From Bugula neritina (Eukaryota; Animalia; Bryozoa): a stretch of 64,000 bases of DNA. Of the stretch, positions 52,801-64,000 are shown one piece after another. The notes below the pieces were generated by a model. The model searched no databases. It had not been told where the DNA came from and saw nothing but the letters and a program-made list of their open reading frames with translations. The stretch spans positions 2,976,001 through 3,040,000 of the forward strand of contig OZ037769.1 of assembly GCA_964035545.1 (NCBI GenBank), in the 5' to 3' direction. Position 1 is the first letter of the stretch, and the number at the start of each line of letters is the position of its first letter. Both the position numbers and the translations under genes were made by a program.

Positions 52801-55800
52801 TTTACACGTACATCTCTTTAGAGACTGGTCAGAAGTAAGTTTTACACGTACATCTCTTTAGAGACTGGTCAGAAGTAAGTTTTACACGTACATCTCTTTA
52901 GAGACTGGTCAGAAGTAAGTTTTACATGTACATCTCTTTAGAGACTGGTCAGAAGTAAGTTTTACACGTACATCTCTGGCTACAACAGGCTTACAACAAA
53001 ATTGAAAAAAATACCAACTTAAAATATTTCAAGTACATTTGCATAGTATTCTGAGAGGTGGGATGGTAAAGTGCCCATCTGAAAGATAAACCATTACAAT
53101 AATATAATGCTGTAGGCAGTACACAGTAGAATATAAGCTGGAGACTTATGTGCAAATAGCTCGGCTCTTCCTGGAAGACGACGACCCGGTAAATGCTGAG
53201 GCGTTTATCAACAGAGCGTCTCATCTTCAGGCAGACACTACGGACGAGAAACTGCAAATATACTACAAGGTGTGTTGCTCAGTCAACTGTATAATGCAGT
53301 GTGTGTCCCACAGGGGATCACATTTGTTTTTCGATGATAAAAGCCTATTGTCAATATAGAAATTTTGATATAGCGATTAATTTTCATAATCAACAAATTA
53401 CATTGATATTCTCCAGTTACCAACAGTGTCACCCATGCTTAGATCTGTTCCATTAAAGTAGTTTAATTGTTTGTGAAAGGCTTTTTTATATTTTGTTATT
53501 ACTTGATGTAAATATAAGTTTTTTTTTCAATAAATTATATGATAATATAAATAATTTTCTTTTCTGTATCAGGCTTGCTATGCTAGAGTGCTGGATTATA
53601 GAAGGAAGTTTATTGAAGCAGCACAGAGATATCATGAGCTTTCTTTTAAGACTGTAGTCAACGAAGCAGAACGGTTGTCGGCTTTAGAAAAGACTCTCAC
53701 ATGCGCTATTCTTGCATCAGCAGGTAACATATGCGCTATTCTTGCATCAGCAGGTAACATATGCGCTATTCTTGCATCAGCAGGTAACATATGCGCTATT
53801 CTTGCATCAGCAGGTAACATATGCGAGTACAATGTGAATTAAATTACATAGGGGATAATCAATATAGTTAGTAATGATTTTATTGATCAGGTGTGTTTCA
53901 CAAGGCCTGGTTTTGATATTGTGACAGGAATTGTTTGGCTGCTGCAGGTCAGCAAAGGTCAAGAATGCTGGCAACTCTGTTCAAGGATGAAAGATGTTCA
54001 CAGCTCACCACTCATTCTATTCTGGAGAAAATGTATTTAGATCAGGTGATCAGACGTAAAGACCTCATTGAGTTTGAGAGAGGACTGATGGAGCACCAGA
54101 AAGCCGTTACTTCAGATGGTATTTAAGCAATTTTTTTATTCTAGATTGAGGCCCGTATTTCTTATTATGGTATTGCTTGTGATTATAACTCATAATTTTG
54201 GCTAAACTTACTTCTACTCAGCAAGAATTAGCCGGTGAAGTCTGTGTAAGCCCTCTGTATGATTGCCTACTATTAAAGTGAGCTGCCATGTATGAGAAAT
54301 GCAAATAAAGTTGAAATTGGCCTGTATTACTAAAAAGAAAACTAACATGTTTATAAACATAATGTAAATTCTATTATAATTATAAAGGTATTTGTTTTAA
54401 AGAGAAGCTAGATTTGTATTTTAAGTTTGCTCAGACTCCTTGACTTCTACATACAATAATACTTGTAAATATATTTATAATTAACTGCTTTAAAAATTCG
54501 TCTGATTTATGACTTGTTACCAATTTCAGAGTTGGCATTTGTACTACATTTAAAACATACTGAACAATTAGGTCAAGGGTACAAAAATCGGGTCAATCAG
54601 GAATGATAAACATGAATCTTATAATCTCACTAAGCCTAGGGCCACAAATTGCGAAAATTGAAATCACAAGTAGCAAAGGTGTCCACTGTAGCGTCAGTGA
54701 TGCGTGATAAATAAAGCTTTCATTTTTAAATCACACTCGCTTTCAATAAAACGCAAATTACTGGAATGTAGCACTAAAATAAAGAAATTGGGCTCGCTGA
54801 ATAACTATCAGCCAATTAGGTGACGACGACAGAGACGATTCGCACTTGCGTTGAGAATGCAGAGCGACAAGTGCGAATGTTTTCTCAGCGCGTACAGTGG
54901 ACACCTTTGCTACTTGTGATTTCAATTTTCGCATGCGAAAATACGCACAGTGTGGCCCTAGGCTAACTTTCCTAGTTTGCTTATCAATGAATTTTCTAAG
55001 CCAATTTTCAGGACTAAAATTAAATCATTATCCTAATTTTAAAACAGTTAAATTTCTGTTACCCAAAATGTAACTAATGATTATGGTGGCCGTTTGCTAG
55101 TTATGTTCAATTTGTAAGTTCTCTGCAGATCTGTTCCATTAGTATAGCAAAAGTAAAGCTTTATGTCATCACCCGCAGGTTCTACCATCCTCGACAGGGC
55201 TGTCATAGAACATAACCTGCTGTCTGCCAGCAAGATGTACAACAACATTTCATTTAAAGAACTGGGCTCCCTCCTGGAGATAGATGGGGAGAAGGTTAGT
55301 GCTATGGCAGAATTAATTGCAGGTGAAAATCTCTCAGCTGCAAATTGTTGGGTTTATGCTCTGAACTTGTTTAAAGTATTGAGATTTTTTCGCTGTTTTC
55401 CCAATTTTACCTGTAAATCTATTGGATGTTTACTATAACATGGACCTTAATTAATGACACCTAATTCATGCTAGTTTTTGTTGTGTCAGTTATTACCCTC
55501 TAATATAGTAGCTGGCTTTCCTCCTTCTTGTATATCAACTGTTAAACTGCACGTCTGTTGTAAAAATTTAAGCTGTAAGTGCGTTTCATTGTTCTGTATC
55601 ATTTTCTATTGTAATAAAGTAAACTCTGATTTACCACAAGACTGCTTATTCTATATTCAAGGCTGAAAAGATTGCCTCACATATGATTTCTGAAGGTCGC
55701 ATGGAAGGCAACATTGACCAGCTGAATGGAACTGTTCATTTTGAAGGTATGTGTGGTTTTTTGAACTCAAAATATGACCTCATTGGTGTGTAATTTTATA

Positions 55801-56307
55801 TCAAAGCTTTAATTCAAGCGGACTTAGTTTATTTTATTTGTAAGAGTTTTTGATATCTTAACTTTATTTTTAATATATTTAACTTTATTGACTTTATATT
55901 TTAATATATTTGATATCTATGAAGTCAGCTATATCAACTTTTCTGTGGTCAGCAAAGAAACTTGTGTATGATTTAGAGACATGTTGTACATTTCCATTCT
56001 GTTTTAAAGAATTATATTTTAATTATTTTTGCTGTTGTTTCAGGTTAACAAAACAAGAATTTGAGCATCTAGTTATAAATATTTTGTGACGCAATGCCGG
56101 GTATGTTCATTTCTTTCAGCTATAGCCACTGATGTTTAGCAATATAGTTTAGTGTCTAATTTACTCTCTGTTTTAGTGGAGCAGCCCCTGGTTACGTGGG
56201 ACACCCAGATACAGGAATTGTGTGGTCAGGTGAATAACATCATTGATATGATAGGCGAAGCCAACCCTCAGTGGCTAAACAAGATCACTGCTCAGCAGAA
56301 TCTGTGA
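49858..56307 (+). CDS. COPS4: COP9 signalosome subunit 4
   Basis: Exons 49858-49943, 50882-50961, 51747-51898, 52571-52674, 53116-53269, 53573-53723, 53948-54118, 55179-55294, 55662-55746, 56177-56307. Motifs [88 protein letters not shown]. Confidence 0.96.
52656..52977 (+). repeat. 40-bp tandem repeat x8 spanning the COPS4 exon-4 donor
   Basis: Unit CTTTAGAGACTGGTCAGAA|GTAAGTTTTACACGTACATCT, near-identical copies. Confidence 0.95.
53701..53825 (+). repeat. 30-bp tandem repeat x4 spanning the COPS4 exon-6 donor
   Basis: Unit ATGCGCTATTCTTGCATCAGCAG|GTAACAT, identical copies. Confidence 0.95.
54634..54963. mobile_element. PIF/Harbinger-type MITE
   Basis: TIR GCCTAGGGCCACA / TGTGGCCCTAGGC, TAA target-site duplication on both sides, ~40-bp subterminal inverted repeat TGCGAAAATTGAAATCACAAGTAGCAAAGGTGTCCACTGTA. 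Confidence 0.85.
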
Positions 56308-58622
56308 TGTGGCCTGTGATTGGCCAAGATCTATACATTACTTCCTGCATCAGCTACTTCAAGCACACATAGAGTGACTGTACATACATGATAGCTCTAT
56401 GCAACTCACGAGCTCGCTGGACATGAGAGAATTTTCAACTTGCTATATACTTGTTAATGCAGGTTATAATCTATACTTGACTACGTATAATGTAATACAA
56501 GCTTGTAATTACTGGTGTTTGTATTATTTCATCTATATTGTGTCAAGTTTCTCGCCTTGATGCTTATACAGGAGAATTTTGTATCAAGTTATTTATGCAT
56601 TGACAGCATTCACTGTGACCGGAAATAGTATGTTATATCTTACAGTTACTAGTGAAGTGATGTAAACTGTATATCTGTTGGTGAGAGAAGCTTATATTGA
56701 ATAAATTTGTGTATCATTTTGCCCTCTGTTCACTAACCTTGTGTCTGTCTAAACGTACAAGTCCAGTTCTGTTGTTGAAATACCATTTGCTGACCTTCAA
56801 CTCAACTTTGTAATTGTATACATGTATTTAACTAAAGCAAGCCAACAGGTAACCAGATAAATGGAACATTTCATCCAACTTTTCTTTTGCTTAACTGCAA
56901 TATTCTATCCGAAGGAGTGAAGAGTTTTACTTAGCACTGTTGCTGCTCAACTATTTGTTGTTTTAGAATAAATTGAAAAGCTCTAATAATCTAGTTCAGT
57001 TTAAGTGGTCTTTTCTTGGCAAAGCATAAATTCATTATAATCCAAAACCTGTCGGTTTAAGCCTGTTTCGTTGCAAATTACAACACTTATGTGACTAATC
57101 TATATTATGCTGACCCAACTATCAATTTCTTCCTACTTGCAGATATTGTCTCTTTTAGAAAGTGTTGCCAAATGAGTAATATGTGTCATTTTGACAGCTG
57201 AACCAGCAATTGGTACTTTGAAATCAACTAGTAACTTTAACTTCACAGAGGTTGGGTATTGGAAAAGTTGTAGAATTTACACTTAAGATTGTGAAAAGAG
57301 AATTAAAGTGCTTAGTACAGTCATGCACTCACTGGCTATTCAAACTGTTAATATAATATAGTTGGATCATATTGATTAAATTTAGTGTTTACAACGCTTA
57401 CTTCACCATGGTGATCATAAACAATCACCTTCATTGTTCAATACATCAATCAATTGAGCTAAGTAAATAGTCTATAGTGCAGCCAACAACTAATCAGATT
57501 TCATGTAAGCTACCGTGATTACTGGCTACATTTCTTTGTCTCACAGGCTATTGGATATTCAGTTTCAGTATCCTAGTATAATATAGTCACTGTGTGCAGA
57601 GATTCTCTTGGGAGAGAAGATAAAGTTGTAGACTAGCAGGTTTGTATAGTCCAATTGTATTTAAAGGTTTTATCAGACCTTACCTTCAGTTATGTATATG
57701 TCTTTGCTTGCCATCTTTTTCACCATTTCGAAGTGCATACATGCAATTATATCTAGATATGAATTTTATTTTGACACTCGAAATGAAATTCATAGGAAAA
57801 TTTGTTTAAATCTGAACTAATGTTAATTAATAGTTAGCAAGGTGAAATGGCAACTAAAGTACGCAAACTCCCTCGTTAGGTCTTACTGACACAGAGTATG
57901 TTAACATAACTTTCCTTTGGGTCAACCTTACTGATGGCAGTCACTATAATTTTAAGCTGATAGCTTCTATTGGTCGGCAGGCTCAATTTGTAATATGTGT
58001 TCCAATATTTTATATTTCTAATTATTTGGTTCATGACGGTAAGTTAGGGCAACAGGTGCTGTTACAAATAGTAGCATTTAGTCTCTATTGAACACTTGTG
58101 TCTAATGATATAATGGTTTGTGATGCAGAATACATCTTAATAGAAAGTGCTACTTAAACTATGGATCCTCAATAGTTTAGTAGCCTAAGTAATGGTGGAG
58201 TATTACTTTAATATCATGATATCATAGCATAATTGAAGCTATTAAACCAATAGCTGCATATGCACTGGGATTTTTAAACAAAGCATAAAATAATGATATT
58301 ATATATAACAAATCTAGGTTCTGCGCAATTTCTTTATATTTGCATTAAGCACTGATGTAATATCATACAGTTATGTACTTTCAAATAACTAAGATATTAT
58401 TGACCTGCATAAACAATTCGTAGCTGATAGCATTTGAGAGAACAGGCTATTTGCTTTGTGATAAAGAATTAAACATATTATTGGTAGTTGGCTATATTAG
58501 TTCCTGGTACATTATATACATGTACATAATCGTGGCTAATATATTTGTTGTTGACATACAATATCAAACACATTGAACTAATTTTCAACTCATTATTCCT
58601 TTGGAAGTGCAGAAGTGTAATA

Positions 58623-61600
58623 ATGGGGGTGGCAGAAGAATGGGAAGAGATGGAGGAATACTCCCAGCAGGTAGACCTGATGAAGAGACAAATCTCCAGT
58701 CTCACAGAAGCTCTCTCCAAACTCAAAGCTTCTGGCAAGGCAACAGGTAAACCATCTTTGCTTAGACCGCAAGTATTACAATAACAGATCTACAGCTTCC
58801 CAGTGTATGGGTCAACAAAAAAATTTAATTTGAAATTTGTGTAAAGCCTGTTTTCACTACTTTGTCACCTTTATATAACCTATCATGTTATGTGTGACAT
58901 ATTAGACTCTGTCATAGATAGTATCAGCTCCACAGAGTACTTTTAGGTGGAAACCTTTTCTTTAAAGAATCTATTATAGGTTACCATTCAGTAGGAGTTC
59001 TTATTATCACGTGGGAATTTTCTCAAATGCATGAGTCATAAATGTTATATAGCTATTATTACTTTCACATGACAGCTAGGATGGCGCTATTGCATGGTTA
59101 CTACCGTGTTATATCTAAGATATATATGGTATACCATAATCGTAACATAACAGTAACCCTACTGTGGTGTACCTATACTACAATATCTAAATTATATGGT
59201 ATACCTTACTGTGGTAGACCTATACTATAATATCTAAGTTATATATAGTATACCTTACTGTGGTGTACCTATGCTGTATATGGTATAAGGTACATGGTAT
59301 ACTGTGCTATAGAACTGTTGGTACATGGTATTGTTACTCTCTCGTAAGCAATACAACATAGTATATATTATATGTTAGAAAGTTGTTAGTATTACATAAG
59401 ATCTATATTATTGTACTTTATCTCAAGAAAGCTGTATGTCAGAATGTGGCACAATTCACTCTGTCATTAGAATAGATTTACACACTTTCTATCTGTTCAC
59501 AGAAGCCGATTGTCAGTCGGAAGATTGTGGGCGGCCCATTGATTGGTACTGCAGGTACTGCAAACTATTCATCTGTACAAGGTTGGTGTCTGCCGATTGT
59601 CTCTGGCTAGTTTTACATCTTCCTTGTTAGAATAAATATTCATAGTGAAGATTTTGTTGAACATGATATTGTAGATTTGAGGTGCGTTTTAATCGTCAAG
59701 TTTACTTATACAAATCAATGGCAATAAGTTATACCATAAAGTAAGATTTATAAGTATTTTTAAATTCATGATATATGTATATGCAAAATAATTCTTTCCA
59801 AATATAATGTCATATTTATAAAAGCGAATTGAATTGAGTGAATGTTGTACCATGCAGGTGCTCCAAGAAACCATGTGGAAATGAAGAAAAGCATGATGTA
59901 CAAGACTTTGAAGAAATGTATGAAGTCTGTAAAGAGAAATACATCGAGTGGAAAGCTAGCAAAGAATTGGCAATGGGAACTCTTTCCAAGCAGGTAATAA
60001 AAAACAATTCTTTTCAAAGCCTGCAGTCTAGAGTCTCGACTATTGGATAATTTCACTCTTTTATTTTACTCTCCATATATCTCTCTTATAGTTATCAATA
60101 GTATAATTTAATATCAGAGCCCGTGGGTAACCTGTTTTTTATAAATCATAGTCTCAAATAACTTTAATGAAAAAGAATAAATTAGTAAAATGAAACTCAA
60201 AAAATGGCCTTTCAACTCTTACAATTGTCTTATAGAAGAAAAAGTTGCAAGAAGAAATTACCTTGGAAATCCAAAAGATGGCTAACGCATCGCCAGAACA
60301 ACTGGTGTCTTCAGAACTGACGAAAATAGTCACCGAGTTACCAGAAAAGCGAAAGCTTTTAGAAGACGTGACAACACAGATAGCTGAAGCGGGTTGCTCG
60401 CTCCAATCAGTTGATGTTGATTCTCTCAATCACCAAGAATTTATTCAAGTGTTCGGAGAGCTCAGTATGTTGTATGATATAATAGCTTCTATTCTTTGTA
60501 GTACTTGTGTTAAATATATGTAGAGTCTATATGAAGTTCTGCTTGGTTTTGGAAATGAGACTTCTGTATATCAAGCTTTAATATTATAATATTATATTAT
60601 TCTGTTGCATAAAATTAAATGAAATATTATGTGGCCATAGGTACCAGCTGCTATACCCTACCATGTTTATTGGTTTTGTCATTTTTTTTAAATTTAACTA
60701 CAAATGTTTCCATCATTAAAACTAAAATCACCACAGAATAAAGTTATCTAGCAAACTACTTGAGAGAGTTTTGTTTAATTTCATTTGTGAGATATCTCTA
60801 GCATTAGGTTAAGACTATATGTCATATATTTTAGGTGATCATTTGTTTGAAGCAACTGATTTATCGAAAATATCGTTGTCTGCTTCTTGTGACATCATCA
60901 CACCAAAGACTAGCTATGACATTGACATTACTCCTTCTGGCGACATACTACTCGCTGGAAATAGAGGATTTAATGTGTGCGATAAGAACGGAAATATTCT
61001 ACGGTCTGTCCCAAACAATAAAGGTGACTTCACAAGTATTCAGTATTACAAAGGGAGAATTTACACTCTGTTAAAAGAGCCAAAAGGAAGCAATAAAAGA
61101 TATGTCATCGTCTACTCTGCTAAAGATTGCAAGGAATGCTGCCAGTGGCAGCTGCCTGATTATGGATTCATCAGCATGTTGGCAGTCAGCAACGATAAGG
61201 TGTATGCTGTTGATAGCGACTCTAAAAAAGTAAAAATTTATTCACTATCCGGTAATCCACTAACTGACTTTTATCACTCTCGATTTAAAAACCCTGTGTA
61301 CATGAGTAAATGTGCTCCTGATGGTGTGCTGCTAGCTGATTGGTCAGCTGGTTTGGTGTATAAAATAGACTGTGCTACAGATAAAATAGCGTGGCAGTTT
61401 GAAGTTGAAAGTCCCCGTGGAGTTTACTGTGATCGTTCTGGTAATGTGTGGATCTGGTCTTCCAAGGAGAAAATGCTTGTTTTGAGATCAGCTGATGGTA
61501 AGCTATTCCAATAAGGGTAAAGCAATGCAGTGTGTGAGCTTGAATTATTTATTATTTTCCGTCTATGCTTGTTTTAACAATATTGCTTCATTGTGTTGTA

Positions 61601-62200
61601 CAAAATTACTAACTAACTTCCTCTATCTGAAATAACACCATAATTTTCCAAATAAAACTGTCACGAAAGAGCGGCTCAGCTTTCATGATCTTTTAAAGTG
61701 CTTTTTGCCAGGAGACATCACTTTGAGATTGGGTATCTAAATATATTCTTGTGCTAATATTAAATGCTTTTCTAATAATACTTTGACAAATTGCTTGCGT
61801 TAATAGCAGGTGTAATGAAAACTTCAAAGAAGAAGTGTTGTTTACTTTTATTTGATATATATGAAACGCATTATATTTCAGATAATAGTACAATGTTCAT
61901 CCGAATAATAAGCATGTTTGAATCATTACTGCTTATAATTACCATTTCAAGTTAAAACTAAAACTCAGAGCATTAAAGTTTAAGTTATCAACAGTGATTA
62001 ATAAAACACTGGTAATAGTAGGCGTAATGAGTGTTTCACATTTTGTAGGGAAACAAGTGAAGAGGTTTAAGCATGACAACATTGTTAGTGCAGGTATTGA
62101 GTATATCTGTGGCTTCTTCATTAGTGACGATCACTTATGGGGAGCAGCCTGTGGCAAGGGTGTTGTACGAGTTGACATGATAATCTCAAAGGATGGTTAA
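58623..62200 (+). CDS. B-box / coiled-coil / beta-propeller (TRIM-NHL-like, RING-less) protein
   Basis: Exons 58623-58746, 59503-59581, 59858-59993, 60236-60464, 60835-61497, 62049-62200 are phase-consistent. B-box-like CQSEDC..WYCRYCKLFICTRC..C....H, helical segment, NHL/YWTD-like blades (DIDITPSGDILLA, LAVSNDKVYAVD, PRGVYCDRSGNVWI). Confidence 0.75.
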
Positions 62201-62858
62201 CTCAGCTATGAGAGTTGGATGCTAAATAAATTTGACATGCGAACAGATTTGTTGCTTCAATTTAAATACCATAAATTGATTTAATTTAATTGGAGTTATT
62301 ATAAATATTTTCTTAGTGTATCAGAGAATGACATATTTACCAAAATGAATATAATATGTTTTCAATTCTTGTGCTCCTAATAATTCATATGTGTGTTGTA
62401 TCTACTTAAGTTTTTTAAAATGTTGAGTATTTTTATGATAGCTGCTAGAATAAATTAGTTTTCTACAAGCTAGATTTACATAATATAGATATGCTGGTAT
62501 GTCTTGAGTAGAAGTGATTACAAGTTTATATGTAAAAACTTCAAATTCTACAAAAAAAATCCATTAGAAAATATTATGATTTCGTTAACCAGGTAATGTC
62601 ATAATCAATAGTTTTATGTAAAGTCTACATTTTATGTGATATTGTTCATGCATGTATAATTATAGCTCATTTTAGCTCACGTATACTTCAGCTAATGTAT
62701 TATCATAACTCTTATATGAGCTGCCAGGTGGCTTCAAGTCACACTTATTAAATATGATTTAATGGAAACATTAGTTTCTTTCATATCAAGAAGGTGTTGG
62801 CCATGGCGCTTTGTTTTGTGTTGTCAAGGAGACAAACACTAAAATACTTGCTGCACAC

Positions 62859-62859
<1 letters not shown>

Positions 62860-62930
<71 letters not shown>
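62860..62930. repeat. (AT)n microsatellite abutting the Penelope-like element
   Basis: Directly visible. Confidence 0.95.
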
Positions 62931-62936
<6 letters not shown>

Positions 62937-62979
62937 GTATACGAGAAACATTGTTGTTTTTTTACTTTATTAGGTAAAG

Positions 62980-63030
62980 TAATTACACTGATATTTCGGG
63001 TACCACTGTACCCATCTTCAGAGTAGCAAT
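62980..63030 (-). ncRNA. Minimal type-I hammerhead ribozyme motif (family 1, inverted copy)
   Basis: Minus strand ATTGCTACT-CTGAAGA-T-GGGTAC(AGTG)GTACCC-GAAA-TA-TC-AGTGTAAT. Confidence 0.82.
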
Positions 63031-63542
63031 GAATGAAATTCAAAAATTATTATGTTACGTTAGACATTATGCATGACACAAAGAATAGAGAGTGACAGTT
63101 ATTGTAAATTATTGAAACTTAAAGGAGATAATCTTATTTTATATATTACGCAGGTCAAAAATTATACTGATTTTTTTTGCATAAAAAATAAATTAGAGTT
63201 GACAAAAAATAGATATCCAAATATAAAAACAGCAAGAATTAGTGAAACTATGTGAGAGTTGAGTATAGTGTGGAGCTATTGATATAGTTTTAGTGGTATG
63301 GAGTAATTTTGTTTATTGAGTTGCGGTTTTATTTGTTTAATGTCTTGCTGATAATCTATGTTTTAGGCCGTCTGTTTATTCTCAGAATTAAGTTGCTATA
63401 TGTAACATGTAGCGCAAGGGTAACAACTTTGACCCTTAAGAACTACCTACCTGTTCTGTATCGCCATTGCATGACACAAGCGTTACATGTTAACTGTGTC
63501 ATGCATAACGTCTAACGTAACATAATAATTTTTGAATTTCAT

Positions 63543-63595
63543 TAATTGCTACTCTGAAGATGGGTACAGTGGTACCCGAAATATCAGTGTAATTA
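63543..63595 (+). ncRNA. Minimal type-I hammerhead ribozyme motif (family 1)
   Basis: TAATTGC-T-ACT / AGT-GTAATTA stem I, CTGAAGA core, 6-bp stem II GGGTAC/GTACCC, GAAA, palindromic ATAT in place of stem III, AUC cleavage triplet. Confidence 0.85.
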
Positions 63596-63623
63596 CTTTA
63601 CCTAATAAAGTAAAAAAACAACA

Positions 63624-64000
63624 ATGTTTCTCGTATACCTATTTATAATCAAATTACTAGCTCGTAAAGATATATTTAAATTAATCGAAGAGAAACACGG
63701 GCGACAAATGAGATTATCAGCAAGACGTTACGAATCACTCAAGATTAAATCAACAAAGATCAAAGCTGACATAAAGTATATTCTAATTTGCAAAAGAGAA
63801 TCTTTATCTCCTACATTTTCTCAAGTGAAATTGTCTATTCCTGGTAAGAACTACAAATTAAAAGCTAAAATTTCGAAACTAATTATGGAACAAGAATTAA
63901 AGAACAAACACTACCAGAAAAAGAAGGTACAACAATCTATCACTGAAGTCAAGCAATATCTTCAAAAGAAATTAAGTTTACTTTTTTATCTAGTCCTTAT
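63624..64000 (+). CDS. N-terminus of putative Penelope-like retroelement polyprotein (partial)
   Basis: Stop-free for 125 codons to the window end (absent from the ORF track): MFLVYLFIIKLLARKDIFKLIEEKHGRQMRLSARRYESLKIKSTKIKADIKYILICKRESLSPTFSQVKLS...; basic helical N-terminus directly after the hammerhead. Confidence 0.65.
   Translation, partial: MFLVYLFIIKLLARKDIFKLIEEKHGRQMRLSARRYESLKIKSTKIKADIKYILICKRESLSPTFSQVKLSIPGKNYKLKAKISKLIMEQELKNKHYQKKKVQQSITEVKQYLQKKLSLLFYLVL

Larger units (their letters stand above)
62928..64000 (+). mobile_element. 5' end of a Penelope-like retroelement with inverted partial pLTR
   Basis: ~150-bp inverted repeat 62928-63080 vs 63496-63646, each copy carrying a hammerhead motif. 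An ORF starts inside the pLTR and runs off the window. The RT and GIY-YIG domains are not visible, so the classification is inferred from architecture. Confidence 0.75.

Noticed and set aside
52656-52977. CRISPR-like appearance of regular repeats
   Set aside because: No unique spacers, contiguous tandem units, eukaryotic intron, no cas genes.

Overview
AT-rich, gene-dense eukaryotic (invertebrate-like; lophotrochozoan is only a guess) genomic window, annotated by hand from GT-AG exon reconstruction and remembered protein-family motifs. Nine intron-containing protein genes: CEPT1/CHPT1-type phosphotransferase (-, runs off the left edge), HYI (+), KLF2/4-like (-), PRMT5 (+), a RING/B-box/coiled-coil TRIM (-), SRSF2 (+), a shortened NUP42-like FG nucleoporin (-), COPS4 (+) and a B-box/coiled-coil/beta-propeller protein (+). 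There is also a tRNA-Ile(AAT), several MITEs, a probable SINE, and microsatellites. At the right edge is the 5' end of a Penelope-like retroelement. Highlights: (1) minimal type-I hammerhead ribozyme motifs from at least two Penelope-like families, one showing a compensatory stem-II change between copies, with most copies abutting dinucleotide microsatellites; (2) three tandem repeats that multiply real splice sites in COPS4 and PRMT5; (3) degenerate 3/6-nt periodic tracts around the housekeeping promoters; (4) a perfect MEF2 site in the KLF promoter; (5) a predicted NMD-triggering 3'UTR intron in SRSF2. No database searches or folding programs were run.
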